64,000 bases of DNA from a virus (IMGVR_UViG_3300006143_000275), one strand, 5' to 3'; shown: positions 47,398 through 56,931, counted from the stretch's first letter. The notes: generated by a model not told the origin, from the letters alone. Program-made: numbers and translations.

Positions 47398-48140
47398 TCA
47401 TCACTCAGGTCGCAAATGTATCTACACTTCCAGTAGTCTATCTTTGGCGACCAGTCTTCATTTCTCGTGATCGTATCAATGGATTTGAGTGCCCATTCTT
47501 TTGTCTTTTCAAATTCTTGCTCCCGGAAAGGCTCGGAGATCAACTGCCCCGTTCGGAAACAGTTGAACTCCAGCCTGACTGGGTATGTATGATAAAGCTG
47601 TTCCATCGGAACGCTATACAGGTAGAGCTGCCTCAGATAGGAGTCAAGCTCTTGGTCAGAAACTGTTGGCTTACCTCTGCCTGATCGCGGCTTCAACGCT
47701 CTTGACTTGTTGTCAATGATAACAAGTTCCCCATCGTCCATAGCCGCGCAGTCAATGATACCTGTAAATGGTTTGTCCCCAATGAAGAAATTAACCTTTT
47801 GCTCAATCCCGACTGGAGACAGATATGGGAAATCAATGTGGCTCAGGTACTCATACCCTTGCTCAAAATAACTCTTGAAGATTTTTCCGTTTGGCGCCTT
47901 CCCTCTGACGTTTTTCCTGAACCCAGCCAGATATGTGGCCGCCAATTCGTCTTTCTCCAAAAAACCACGCAAATATTGTTCAATCAGCTTGTGCATGAAA
48001 CTCCCATAGTCCGAGAAGAACATGGGTTTCTTACTTGCTCTTTTGATATAGTTCAGCAGAAACCCATAAGGACACATCTCAAACTGACCGATCCGAGAGT
48101 AAGACCATGTGAAATCCGAAATGATATTCGAGTAATTCAC
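47367..48140 (-). CDS. PD-(D/E)XK exonuclease (RecB/Cas4-like)
   Basis: WSYSRI...CP, GIID...IIDNKS, RQLYLY, C-terminal CRYIC...C. Confidence 0.85.
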   Translation of the reverse strand: MNYSNIISDFTWSYSRIGQFEMCPYGFLLNYIKRASKKPMFFSDYGSFMHKLIEQYLRGFLEKDELAATYLAGFRKNVRGKAPNGKIFKSYFEQGYEYLSHIDFPYLSPVGIEQKVNFFIGDKPFTGIIDCAAMDDGELVIIDNKSRALKPRSGRGKPTVSDQELDSYLRQLYLYSVPMEQLYHTYPVRLEFNCFRTGQLISEPFREQEFEKTKEWALKSIDTITRNEDWSPKIDYWKCRYICDLSDDCCYFQMNRR

Positions 48141-48158
48141 TTAGTCTCACCGACCTGA

Positions 48159-48551
48159 TCAGAAGGGGAGATCGCTGTCGTCCGCTTCGCCACCGTCAAC
48201 ATCGAATGCAGATTTCTTCCTGCCGCTGGCCTTGTTGCCGCTATCGCCGGATTTACTGCCGTCAGCCATCTCAAAGTCGAACACCTTATAGTTGACGTAC
48301 TCCTTCTGCTTCTCCTTGTCGTATGTAGTACCGACATCGCATTCCAGAATCTTGATGCGATCCTTCGGCTGCAGGCTCTGCGCCATATCGTGTGCCTTCC
48401 CGATGAAGGTACAGAATCCAGAGAAATCCTGCTCGTACTCCCCGCTTGACTGATTCTTCCGGCTGGACGATAGACGAACCCTCGTTGTCTTGCCGGACTT
48501 GCTTGGCTCTGTGCTCCACACGGAGCAGAAACCACCTTGCCGAAATCCCAT
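48159..48551 (-). CDS. ssb: Single-stranded DNA-binding protein
   Basis: OB-like N-terminus and acidic tail ending DDSDLPF. Confidence 0.75.
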   Translation of the reverse strand: MGFRQGGFCSVWSTEPSKSGKTTRVRLSSSRKNQSSGEYEQDFSGFCTFIGKAHDMAQSLQPKDRIKILECDVGTTYDKEKQKEYVNYKVFDFEMADGSKSGDSGNKASGRKKSAFDVDGGEADDSDLPF

Positions 48552-48557
48552 ACTAAA

Positions 48558-49277
48558 TCACTCCTTCTTTGTATTAGAAAACTCAGCCTTCAGCGCCTCC
48601 AGAAGTTCAGACGCTTGGGCTGAGGTTTCGATAGCGTAATAGTTCGCGCTCGGCTTCCCGTTTTCACGAACATATTTTTTTGTGAGAGCGATAACCTTCT
48701 GCTTTTCGTCAGGGTTCTCTCTCAGATATGTAGTCACCAAAGCGTGGATTTGCTCCACAATTTTTCCGGCGATTGTGCGGTCTTCCTCGCCTTCGGCGAA
48801 CCGCTGTTTGCTGCGCCAGTCATCCGGATCTTCGCCATCCAGCGTAGCAATCTGGAAAAACTGGATCAGGAATTGGCGCAGACCGTATGTCAGTCCGCTG
48901 CCGAACGCCTGCGCTGGGTCTTGTTGGCTGCCAACAACAAACCAAGGGATTTGAAGCGTCTCATCAGGGTTATCATCGTTGACCCAGGTATATATGACGC
49001 GGGCCTGTGCGATGATCTCGTTATTCTGCTCCTCGTACTGCTGCCCGTCCTTGGTGAATTTTGTCTTCCCGTATGAGTATGGTGTGATAACCTCGGACTG
49101 CGGATCTACATTTGGGTACAGGGACACATTGTATTTGTTCATGCCAGCCGTCACACGCGCCAGAATCTCGTCAATAGATGTGTACCTGTAATTGAACCCC
49201 TTCTTGTTCTTCTGGATAACCTCGGTCATCTTACGGATCTTGGCAAGCTTCTGCTGAAGATTCAGTTCTTCTGCCAT
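48558..49277 (-). CDS. ERF-family single-strand annealing protein
   Basis: FNYRYTSIDEI, GSGLTYGLRQFL...IAT..EDPD. Confidence 0.85.
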   Translation of the reverse strand: MAEELNLQQKLAKIRKMTEVIQKNKKGFNYRYTSIDEILARVTAGMNKYNVSLYPNVDPQSEVITPYSYGKTKFTKDGQQYEEQNNEIIAQARVIYTWVNDDNPDETLQIPWFVVGSQQDPAQAFGSGLTYGLRQFLIQFFQIATLDGEDPDDWRSKQRFAEGEEDRTIAGKIVEQIHALVTTYLRENPDEKQKVIALTKKYVRENGKPSANYYAIETSAQASELLEALKAEFSNTKKE

Positions 49278-49297
49278 AGGATACTCCTCTCTGATGG

Positions 49298-49591
49298 TCA
49301 GTCGATGGAAAGCAGGGACTTGAAGTTTGCGATGACCCGCTCTGTTTTGTCCCTCGCCTCGGAGAGCCCGGCTTTTGTGGTCTCCAATTCCTTCTCGTAT
49401 TCGCTGATCTCCTGCATCGTCTCAGCGATGTCATGGCTGGTCATCCCAAGACTGTCAATCGCATCGTTAAAGAGCTCGACAGCGTGGTCGAACCTAGCGT
49501 TGTAGAGATCGAGTTGGTTCTTCTTTTGCGCCAGAATATCCGGTGCTGAAACCGGCGCTGCGGGTTTTGTTCTGCCGAAAGGCATTAACAC
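49298..49591 (-). CDS. Coiled-coil hypothetical protein
   Basis: 97-aa helical ORF with SD. Confidence 0.55.
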   Translation of the reverse strand: MLMPFGRTKPAAPVSAPDILAQKKNQLDLYNARFDHAVELFNDAIDSLGMTSHDIAETMQEISEYEKELETTKAGLSEARDKTERVIANFKSLLSID

Positions 49592-49598
49592 TTCCTCC

Positions 49599-50159
49599 TT
49601 AATCTTGTTTGCTTTCGAGTATGTATGTAGCAGCTTCGTCCGCTACATGGAGTGCCCACGCCAGCTTAAACTGTTCATAGGCGTTTCCAACGTCCTTGTT
49701 CCCGTCCCAGGAACCCATGTGGCAGTTGATGGCAGCGGCCTCTTCCGGTGTGAGCTTTATGAAATTCTGGACAATGAACACCGATTTGCTGCCATGACCA
49801 CCGAAGCAGAACTTTTCTTTGATGGTGTACGCGTCATAGCTCTCCCATCGCCCATCTTCGTTCTTTCGGTTCCGTTTCTCGCTGGCATAGAAATTCACCT
49901 TACAGAGATCGTGGAACAGAGAGACGACGGCCACAGTCTCGTCACTTGCCTCAATCTCAGGGTAGGTGTGCAGGATTCGCCTCAGCTCGTCATAGACATT
50001 CAACGAGTGCTGGAGTAATCCTCCGGGGTGATTGCCGTGGAACCTTGTGCTTGCTGGAGCGGAGTAGAAGTCACTCTTCTCCAACCAGTCCATCAGATCT
50101 GGAATGCCGTCACGATGGATACTATCGCAAAGTTCCAGGAATCGCTCTTTTTCTGGCAT
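49599..50159 (-). CDS. HD-domain hydrolase
   Basis: APASTRFHG...GGLLQHSLNV, LFHDLCK, HM, HVAD. Confidence 0.85.
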   Translation of the reverse strand: MPEKERFLELCDSIHRDGIPDLMDWLEKSDFYSAPASTRFHGNHPGGLLQHSLNVYDELRRILHTYPEIEASDETVAVVSLFHDLCKVNFYASEKRNRKNEDGRWESYDAYTIKEKFCFGGHGSKSVFIVQNFIKLTPEEAAAINCHMGSWDGNKDVGNAYEQFKLAWALHVADEAATYILESKQD

Positions 50160-50317
50160 AAAACCAACTCCTTTCGTTCTTATCCCATGGATATATAGGA
50201 ACTCTGCATAGATAGGCGAAAGTCCCTATTCCAAGGCATTTATAGGCATACCCTAAATCAAAGTTCGCCAGAAAACTGATGTGGTATACCGGTCAACAGC
50301 ATCGCTGTGTAACCCGA

Positions 50318-50512
50318 TTAAAGATGTATGTATTTCTCCTCAAGGGCGCGAGGATTGCGATCCTTCCCGAGTTTGACAAACTTCCCATCCTTCAATTCAT
50401 ATAAATAGTAGTAGTCTCGCGCTGGCTTGGAGGTTGTGATATATCTGAGATTGCTGTCCTTGTCATAGTGCCCGACCCATACAATCTCTCCCTTTGGGTA
50501 GACAAGTCCCAT
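50318..50512 (-). CDS. Small hypothetical protein
   Basis: 64-aa ORF with SD GAGG. Confidence 0.55.
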   Translation of the reverse strand: MGLVYPKGEIVWVGHYDKDSNLRYITTSKPARDYYYLYELKDGKFVKLGKDRNPRALEEKYIHL

Positions 50513-50540
50513 CTTATCGCCTCATATAAAAGTATTGTAA

Positions 50541-50580
50541 AAGCAAAAGAAAAGGAGCAGCAGCTCCTTTTCCTTGCTTT
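50541..50580. terminator. Bidirectional terminator after the mazF-mrpR-like operon
   Basis: AAGCAAAAGAAAAGGAGC-AGCA-GCTCCTTTTCCTTGCTTT. Confidence 0.75.
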
Positions 50581-50586
50581 ATTTTG

Positions 50587-51501
50587 TTAAGTGAACGCGG
50601 CTTTCCAGCAAGCATAGTCATCGAAGAAGTCTCTTTTGAGCAGGTTCGCAACTTTGCCCCTGGTGTAGTTCCTGTGATACGTGCTGCCCATCTTGATAAT
50701 GTGCTCTGCGATCAGGCCATCAAAGTTTACCTCTTCACCCATACGTTCCGCTTCGTATGCCCTGTAAAAGACACCAGACATTCTGATCTTACTGTACGTC
50801 AATTCAACCTCGTTGGCCTTGAACGCCTTTTGTATAATGCTCCGTACGGTCGTTGACTTTACCTGCTCTGACCGAATGCCCCGCATCAGGTACTCGCCAG
50901 GGAATCGGCTTCTTGTCTGCGTATACCTTGGGTGCTGGTACTTGAACGCCGTCGCCTCACATGCCATTCGAAACGCAGGTATCGCCTCACGATACAGCTC
51001 GAACGATTTCCCGCCATGCTCAATCAGCATAGCTCCGAAGTCCACTTCGTTAACCTTCACCTCTATCGTTTCAGGTTCTTCAAGCCCAGCAAATGCCATC
51101 CACAGGTAGCAGCGGTAAATACAGTCTACTGTTTCCTCTTCCACTGGTGAGAACACCTTGTCGAGCACAACCTGCAAGTGTTTTGGCGATGCAACCATGT
51201 AGCGCTTCATTTTCTCGTCCATTTGTGTCTGAACGGAATAGATGCCATCACAGGCCGGATATCCCTTCTCCTTGCACCATGTCACATAGGATCGCAGAAA
51301 GGCAATCGTTGAATCCATTGTTCTTGTCCTTGATCCGAAGTGACTATTCGCAATTTCCTGCAGAACCTCTGTTGGAAGCTCACACAGATCTTGACCTGTC
51401 TTCTGTTCATATGGCTCCGTTGTCCGGAATACAGACTTCCCGAAATCAGAGGAACTCCTTGTCTCCTCTATGAACGCTGTTTTACGATCTTCGTTATACA
51501 T
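50587..51501 (-). CDS. MrpR/YopR-like repressor with degenerate tyrosine-recombinase fold
   Basis: N-terminus MYNEDRKTAFI...LRSYVTWC and C-terminus KIRMSG resemble SPbeta MrpR as recalled. The first catalytic Arg of active recombinases appears absent (AGLEEPE). Confidence 0.6.
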   Translation of the reverse strand: MYNEDRKTAFIEETRSSSDFGKSVFRTTEPYEQKTGQDLCELPTEVLQEIANSHFGSRTRTMDSTIAFLRSYVTWCKEKGYPACDGIYSVQTQMDEKMKRYMVASPKHLQVVLDKVFSPVEEETVDCIYRCYLWMAFAGLEEPETIEVKVNEVDFGAMLIEHGGKSFELYREAIPAFRMACEATAFKYQHPRYTQTRSRFPGEYLMRGIRSEQVKSTTVRSIIQKAFKANEVELTYSKIRMSGVFYRAYEAERMGEEVNFDGLIAEHIIKMGSTYHRNYTRGKVANLLKRDFFDDYACWKAAFT

Positions 51502-51510
51502 GACGACCTC

Positions 51511-51951
51511 CTATGCCACGCTCACTCTGTTCAGTCTGACAGATTTCCGCCAGACATCCAGCAAATCAGCTTCGTCCAAGAAGGAGACTGCGGCCGTTGC
51601 AATCAGGCTTGCCTTTGCAATCTGCTTCATATACTCGTCGGATAGTTTGGTGATAAACCCGCCGATCCGTTTCTTTGACATCTTTTCAGGGTTCTCACAT
51701 AATACCATGCTATCCTTCGGAATGCCGGTATCCTCCGCCGTCACGAGGACATGGGTAGGCTGTCCAGTTTTCTTGAGTACCTTGGTCATAGGAAGCGCAA
51801 TCACGTTAGGGCTATGCGCGTTGCCGACATTGTTTTGGAATACCACGCCAGGTCTCCACCCGTTCTGTTCATTCCCGCTACCTTCGAATTTCATATAGTA
51901 GACTTCCCCGATCAGAGGGGAAACACGCTCTGCTTGACGAGTCTCGCTCAT
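51511..51951 (-). CDS. mazF: PemK/MazF family endoribonuclease
   Basis: GEVYY...GNEQNGWRPGVVFQNNVGNAHSPNVIALPMT. The catalytic Arg and Thr of B. subtilis MazF are conserved. Confidence 0.88.
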   Translation of the reverse strand: MSETRQAERVSPLIGEVYYMKFEGSGNEQNGWRPGVVFQNNVGNAHSPNVIALPMTKVLKKTGQPTHVLVTAEDTGIPKDSMVLCENPEKMSKKRIGGFITKLSDEYMKQIAKASLIATAAVSFLDEADLLDVWRKSVRLNRVSVA

Positions 51952-51983
51952 AATTCAATTCCTTTCTTTGATTTTATGAGCCA

Positions 51984-52012
51984 ATTATACCACAAGCGGG
52001 AGCGTTTGTCAA
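51984..52012 (-). promoter_or_regulatory. Perfect sigma-A/sigma-70 promoter driving mazF-mrpR-like
   Basis: TTGACA-17 nt-TATAAT on the minus strand, 32 nt before the mazF ATG. Confidence 0.88.
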
Positions 52013-52034
52013 CACTTTTTTATGAAGAAATTTT

Positions 52035-52343
52035 TTAGGCGCAGTTCAGCACATATTTGACCGGTATAGGGTCGTTTGAGAGGGTAAAATCGTTACAAAC
52101 GAATATATACGACTGGTATCCGTCTGTTTTGCCGCGTTTCTTGATAGCCTGGATGTGGCTAAGGCACAGATGACCACTACTGTTTTTCAGCGCGATATAG
52201 GGGGAGGCAGACAGAATCACAGCAGCATGATTGAACAAGGTGGAGAATGTGAGCGGACTAAGAGGGTCATCAAATACAAGCTGGAAGCTGTTATACGACC
52301 CCAGCTCTGCACGGAACTGACCAAGAGACATGTTTGACTTCAT
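52035..52343 (-). CDS. Hypothetical protein
   Basis: 102-aa ORF with SD GGGAGG. Confidence 0.6.
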   Translation of the reverse strand: MKSNMSLGQFRAELGSYNSFQLVFDDPLSPLTFSTLFNHAAVILSASPYIALKNSSGHLCLSHIQAIKKRGKTDGYQSYIFVCNDFTLSNDPIPVKYVLNCA

Positions 52344-52533
52344 TGAGTACCTCCCGAAAAGTGATTGATTTTGCGGGAGCCTCGTGGTATACTACACCCG
52401 TCAGGTCATATTTGCGGTATGATCTGATCGTAGCATTGCGCTGCGCCCGCTTTTGGTTTTGGTGTATTCCTTTCTTGCGGGAGAAGAAGTAGGCGTTTAT
52501 GGCGCCTGCTTCTTTCTTTTTGCACAAAGGAAC

Positions 52534-52562
52534 TTGACATACAAATTGTTTTGTGGTAGTCT
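52534..52562 (+). promoter_or_regulatory. Rightward promoter for the CI-like repressor
   Basis: TTGACA-17 nt-TAGTCT. Confidence 0.65.
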
Positions 52563-52591
52563 GCGGATATAACATCTTGTTTGTGCAAGAA

Positions 52592-52620
52592 AAGATAACA
52601 CAAACAGCTTGTAATGTCAA
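52592..52620 (-). promoter_or_regulatory. Leftward promoter facing the repressor promoter
   Basis: TTGACA-17 nt-TATCTT on the minus strand. Confidence 0.65.
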
Positions 52621-52643
52621 GACCATTTTTCGGAGGTGTATTC

Positions 52644-53429
52644 ATGGACTTCAGCGAAAACCTGAAAACGATCAGGTTAGGCAGAGGTATGACTCAGAAG
52701 TCCCTTGGCCAAAGTATTGGCGTGACTCCGGTCACAATAGGGAACTGGGAGAGAGGCGCGAGGCAGCCGTCTTTCGATACCCTGATCCAGCTTGCAAATA
52801 TACTTGGCACGAGTACAGACGAACTTCTTGGCCGACCTCTCGCCACCACAGAATCTGCTTTAGATATAGCAATCAGCGCCCTGTCGAAAAAATACAGAGC
52901 GCTGGATGCACATGGCCGCAATCTGGTCGATACAATATGTGCAATGGAATATGAGCGTATCAATCAGGACGCGAAGATTATCAAACTGCCGCTAAACAGG
53001 AGTGAACAGCGTATCTCCAGGAATAGATACATCCCGAGGTATCTATCCCCGCCGGCGGCTGGCTTCGGAACTCCGCTGGAGGGAGAAGACTTCGAGATGA
53101 TTCGTGTGGACGACAGCGTTCCAGGTGATGCGGACTATGCCGTCTGTATTTCTGGTGACAGCATGGAGCCTTATATCCATGACGGAGAATTGGTCTTTGT
53201 CAAAGAAACGACGGACCTTGATGAAGGCGATGTAGGAATTTTCAGTGTAAACGGTGAAATGTACTGCAAGCAATACTATCTTGATGAAGACAGAAACCTT
53301 CACCTGCTTTCTGCAAATCCAAAACGTTCTGACTTGAGCGTGCATGTCCATAGCGACAGCGGATACACAGTACGGTGCTGCGGGAAAGTATTACTGGACT
53401 TCGATATTCCGCTGTCAGACAATTTTTGA
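52644..53429 (+). CDS. CI/LexA-like repressor (XRE HTH plus S24 peptidase)
   Basis: LKTIRLGRGMTQKSLGQSIGVTPVTIGNWERG (HTH), PPAAG cleavage loop, SGDSMEP (Ser), YCK (Lys). Confidence 0.92.
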   Translation: MDFSENLKTIRLGRGMTQKSLGQSIGVTPVTIGNWERGARQPSFDTLIQLANILGTSTDELLGRPLATTESALDIAISALSKKYRALDAHGRNLVDTICAMEYERINQDAKIIKLPLNRSEQRISRNRYIPRYLSPPAAGFGTPLEGEDFEMIRVDDSVPGDADYAVCISGDSMEPYIHDGELVFVKETTDLDEGDVGIFSVNGEMYCKQYYLDEDRNLHLLSANPKRSDLSVHVHSDSGYTVRCCGKVLLDFDIPLSDNF

Positions 53430-53432
53430 TGG

Positions 53433-54002
53433 TTAGAGTCCCCTGTGTGTTAGGCTGTAGGCATGAGCGACCGCTTCTTGATAGGCTTTTTCCGTCTCAT
53501 AATCCGTAGGAAAAATCTCTACACATGTACCATGCGGAGTTCTGGATCGCCATTCTTCTCTGCGGGCCGTCTCCGTGTTCATTTCACGAGCCTTGTCATC
53601 ACCAACAAATTTGCCGCAAAATTCTCCTGGGATCTGATAGTCCGGCCACTTTCCGCCGATGAGCTCCACATATGCTGGATCACTGTACTGCTCACCAGCG
53701 TCATAATACTTCCAGCCCTCCATAAGAGATATCTGCCTGATGGCAAGAATAACATCCCAGCTATTTTTCCCTCTCCGAACAGTTCTGCGCACAAGATGGT
53801 TAAATGCGGTTCGCTCTTCTGCTGATGCGCTGTATGCCATCCGTTTAAGTTCATTCTGCCGCGTCAGATTATATCCTTTTTGCTTTGAATTTTGCTGTAC
53901 CGCATACCTCGTTGCACTCTCGTCCGCACACTTCCCCAAAAAGTGCGCAGGCCCGGCTATCAAGAAAAACAGATCGTCAATACCAAACATTTGTTCTATC
54001 AC
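53433..54002 (-). CDS. Hypothetical protein
   Basis: 189-aa ORF. Confidence 0.5.
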   Translation of the reverse strand: MIEQMFGIDDLFFLIAGPAHFLGKCADESATRYAVQQNSKQKGYNLTRQNELKRMAYSASAEERTAFNHLVRRTVRRGKNSWDVILAIRQISLMEGWKYYDAGEQYSDPAYVELIGGKWPDYQIPGEFCGKFVGDDKAREMNTETARREEWRSRTPHGTCVEIFPTDYETEKAYQEAVAHAYSLTHRGL

Positions 54003-54005
54003 ACC

Positions 54006-54251
54006 TTACGCGATTGCTTCATTTATATTTTCTTTCGCTTCGTCAATCTTATCAATGGCATCCTCCAAACTGTCGATAGCACTTTCCATGCTTTCGTACC
54101 GGTCACTGTTCTGGAGATTTTCCGGAAGATTGTCAAGGCAATCCTGCTCCTCATCCTTCGCGTCCCGAACAATGTCAATCGCTTGATCAAGAAGGCTTGT
54201 TGCCTGTTTGAGCGACGTACGTCTGCTTTTATTCACTATGCCACCTCCCAT
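54006..54251 (-). CDS. Acidic helical hypothetical protein (likely GTG start near 54236)
   Basis: DEEQDCLDNLPENLQNSDRYESMESAI, a common phage family. Confidence 0.65.
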   Translation of the reverse strand: MGGGIVNKSRRTSLKQATSLLDQAIDIVRDAKDEEQDCLDNLPENLQNSDRYESMESAIDSLEDAIDKIDEAKENINEAIA

Positions 54252-54607
54252 ACATCGTTCACAGTCGCACCTATCATAATGCCGTCAAACTCGGATGGCT
54301 TAATATCAAGCACATCCATATACTGTAGGATCTCCACAAACTTCTTCATCCAGTCACGATACAAGTCCAGAGGAGGAACCTCGATCTCGATCCTCGCGTT
54401 GACAGACTCTGGCTGTATGTCCAGACATGTAATATCGCCGTCATTATTATCCGCAAGATTGTTGAAGAAATCGTACACTTGTCCAAATTTCTCCATACTG
54501 TGTTCATTTACAGTATACTTTCCGCCACACGCTGAGAACTTCTCCTCAATCTGTATGGCAAGATCATGTGGGCACGCGAACGACACGCATTTCTTCATTT
54601 CAGACAT
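54236..54607 (-). CDS. Hypothetical protein
   Basis: 123-aa ORF with SD GGAGG downstream of a strong promoter. Confidence 0.6.
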   Translation of the reverse strand: MSEMKKCVSFACPHDLAIQIEEKFSACGGKYTVNEHSMEKFGQVYDFFNNLADNNDGDITCLDIQPESVNARIEIEVPPLDLYRDWMKKFVEILQYMDVLDIKPSEFDGIMIGATVNDVWEVA

Positions 54608-54638
54608 TTCTTATAAACCTCCGTAGCTTTCTTGTTAC

Positions 54639-54667
54639 ATTATACCTGCTATGTATCTGATTTTCAA
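54639..54667 (-). promoter_or_regulatory. Sigma-A-type promoter
   Basis: TTGAAA-17 nt-TATAAT on the minus strand. Confidence 0.75.
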
Positions 54668-54673
54668 CCGCAA

Positions 54674-55291
54674 TTACGGGAGAACCTGACATTTTACCTC
54701 TAACCGTACGCTTGATCCCGGACGGAGCATAGATATAATTGAGTTGACGACTGTTTCGGGCTTGATGACACCCTCGAAACTTAAACTGAACGCCGTCATA
54801 TCCATACCAGATGTCTGTCTGCTAATAGACAACTCTGGTGCGGACTGTTCTGGCTTCGGTTCAAGAGCAGCTGGCACAGCATCGTCGTCCGCGCCGCACA
54901 GGAACCTCTCAAACTCTGCCCTGTTATCTCTCGACATACGTTTCCCACGAGAGAACTCTATGCCAATTTCCTGATTGCCGCAAAACCGCGTAACAGTCTG
55001 CGAAGTAATGCCAAACATACGCGCCAAATCAGACGCTGTGGTCGAGTATTTGTCAATCAGCAGCAGGAGATACTCTTTTTGGAGAGCAACCGGCATCTGT
55101 TTGAATGCCTCCCAACCCATTGGTTTACCAAGTTCATAGGTCACAACTTCACCACACCTTTCTATCCACTGTTTTCTGGTCATGCGATCCGTTGACATTG
55201 GGCACTTTCTACTTTTGCTTCCGCCTTTTTTATGGAACGCCTGACGCGCAAGTCGCTTCTTCTGCAGAACCTCATAGTCGAAATCATTCAT
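54674..55291 (-). CDS. Hypothetical protein, possible HTH DNA-binding
   Basis: Basic N-terminus and TASDLARMFGITSQTVTR HTH-like segment. Confidence 0.55.
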   Translation of the reverse strand: MNDFDYEVLQKKRLARQAFHKKGGSKSRKCPMSTDRMTRKQWIERCGEVVTYELGKPMGWEAFKQMPVALQKEYLLLLIDKYSTTASDLARMFGITSQTVTRFCGNQEIGIEFSRGKRMSRDNRAEFERFLCGADDDAVPAALEPKPEQSAPELSISRQTSGMDMTAFSLSFEGVIKPETVVNSIISMLRPGSSVRLEVKCQVLP

Positions 55292-55300
55292 ACTGAGACC

Positions 55301-55720
55301 TCATGTGAGCTGATAACTATATTTCTTCTCCAAGGTATCGTCAGGTGTCCACTCGTCCAGCTTTTCCGGATCGAAATCATCGTATATAATCTGCGCACGA
55401 CATTCCTGCATCCGCCCGTTGACAAAGAACTTTTGCCAAAGGTCTTCTTGGCTTTCGCCCTGGCCGCTAAGCCAGAATACCATGCCTGGGAATCTGGCAG
55501 ACAGGATACGCATATCTTCCTCGTGGTCATACCACTTTGCATTGGTGTAGTATGAGTCCTTGATATTCCCGTCTGAGAAGATATTCATCCTGTCAATTTC
55601 TTCATCAACCAGTTGTTCCATGATCGGTGAAATCTTATCTGACAGTTTCATTGGACCGGCAGGAACTTCATAGTCTACGGTGCTGTAGACGCTCAGTGTA
55701 TAGTCAGTGTAGTACCCCAT
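55301..55720 (-). CDS. Hypothetical protein
   Basis: MGYYTDYTL...AKWYDHEEDM...GQGESQED, a common phage family. Confidence 0.6.
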   Translation of the reverse strand: MGYYTDYTLSVYSTVDYEVPAGPMKLSDKISPIMEQLVDEEIDRMNIFSDGNIKDSYYTNAKWYDHEEDMRILSARFPGMVFWLSGQGESQEDLWQKFFVNGRMQECRAQIIYDDFDPEKLDEWTPDDTLEKKYSYQLT

Positions 55721-55722
55721 AA

Positions 55723-56859
55723 TTAACCTCCTCGTAGCTCTTTGACCGTATCAACGATAGCCTGTATGGCCTCGTTGATTTCCTCGAATGTGGTGTACTT
55801 CGATACGGAAATGCGGATAGAACCTCTCGCTTCATCGTCGGTTAGGCCGATGGCAGACAGTACGTGGCTTGGTACAGCATAATGTGCGGAACAAGCAGAG
55901 CCGGCCGACACCTCAATTCCCATACTGTCAAGCACCATAAGAAGCGTTTCGCCATCCACTCCATCGAAACGGATGTTGACAGTCTTTGAGTTTGCAAATG
56001 GTGTTCCATTGATATGTGCATCGGGAATCTCGGACAGAATTTGCTGCTTGACGTGCGAAAGCATTTCTCCGTAAACACAATCTCCGCTTAGATAGCTCTT
56101 ATGAGCAATCTGCGCCGCCCACCCCATGCCAACAATATACGGCGTGTTATGTGTCCCCCCACGCAGGCCGTACTCCTGACTTCCGCCGTATATGACAGGA
56201 TGAAGCATCTCCTTTCTTGACGTATACAGAAAACCAACGCCCTTTGGCGCATGTATCTTGTGCCCTGAAGCAGACAGGAAATCAATGAAGTCCCGCTTTA
56301 CATCAATGCCGGTCTGGCAATATCCCTGCACACAGTCTGTATGGAACAGTACGTTGTTTTGGTGACAAATCTCTCCAATTTCATGGATTGGATACAGGTT
56401 GCCCGTTTCGTTATTGACAGTCATCACAGAGACAAGACCGGTTCTATCACAGATGCTTGCTTCCAGCAGTTCAATATCAATGCTTCCATCTCTGCGAACA
56501 GGCAGATAGGTAACATAGAATGTGTCATAAAATGACTGTTTTAGACACTCCAAAACGGAGTGGTGTTCCACCTGTGTTGTGATGATATGATTCTTACCGA
56601 TTGACTTCAAGTATTCCGCGACCCCGCGAATTGCAAGATTGTTAGCCTCAGAACCGCCGCCAGTAAAAATGATATTGTTCGGGTCTGCCCCGATTGGAGC
56701 TGCAACGTATTTACGGGCGTTCTCCACGGCCTCTTCCGCTACGCGCCCCGCGAAGTGGATACTGCCTGGATTCCCATAAAATTCAGAGAAGTATGGAGAC
56801 ATCGCCTCCATAACCTCTGGTGACACTTTTGTAGTGGCAGCGTTGTCGAGATAAATCAT
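55723..56859 (-). CDS. iscS: Cysteine desulfurase (IscS/NifS group I)
   Basis: YLDNAATT, TGGGSEANN, EHHSV, NNETG, HTDCVQ, SGHK (PLP Lys), SAGSACS (catalytic Cys). Confidence 0.93.
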   Translation of the reverse strand: MIYLDNAATTKVSPEVMEAMSPYFSEFYGNPGSIHFAGRVAEEAVENARKYVAAPIGADPNNIIFTGGGSEANNLAIRGVAEYLKSIGKNHIITTQVEHHSVLECLKQSFYDTFYVTYLPVRRDGSIDIELLEASICDRTGLVSVMTVNNETGNLYPIHEIGEICHQNNVLFHTDCVQGYCQTGIDVKRDFIDFLSASGHKIHAPKGVGFLYTSRKEMLHPVIYGGSQEYGLRGGTHNTPYIVGMGWAAQIAHKSYLSGDCVYGEMLSHVKQQILSEIPDAHINGTPFANSKTVNIRFDGVDGETLLMVLDSMGIEVSAGSACSAHYAVPSHVLSAIGLTDDEARGSIRISVSKYTTFEEINEAIQAIVDTVKELRGG

Positions 56860-56931
56860 CTGGAACCACCTCCTTGCGTTTTTCTGAATTTGTGTTATAC
56901 TTGTGACACTACATGATAAAGGAGTTTGTAT

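Noticed and set aside
47367-48140. Cas4 as evidence of a CRISPR-Cas locus
   Set aside because: It lies between helicase, SSB and ERF genes with no cas1/cas2 or array, so it is better read as a phage recombination exonuclease.
50160-53429. Arbitrium (aimR/aimP) communication system near the MrpR-like gene
   Set aside because: No TPR-containing receptor or short signal-peptide precursor ORF was found in the window.
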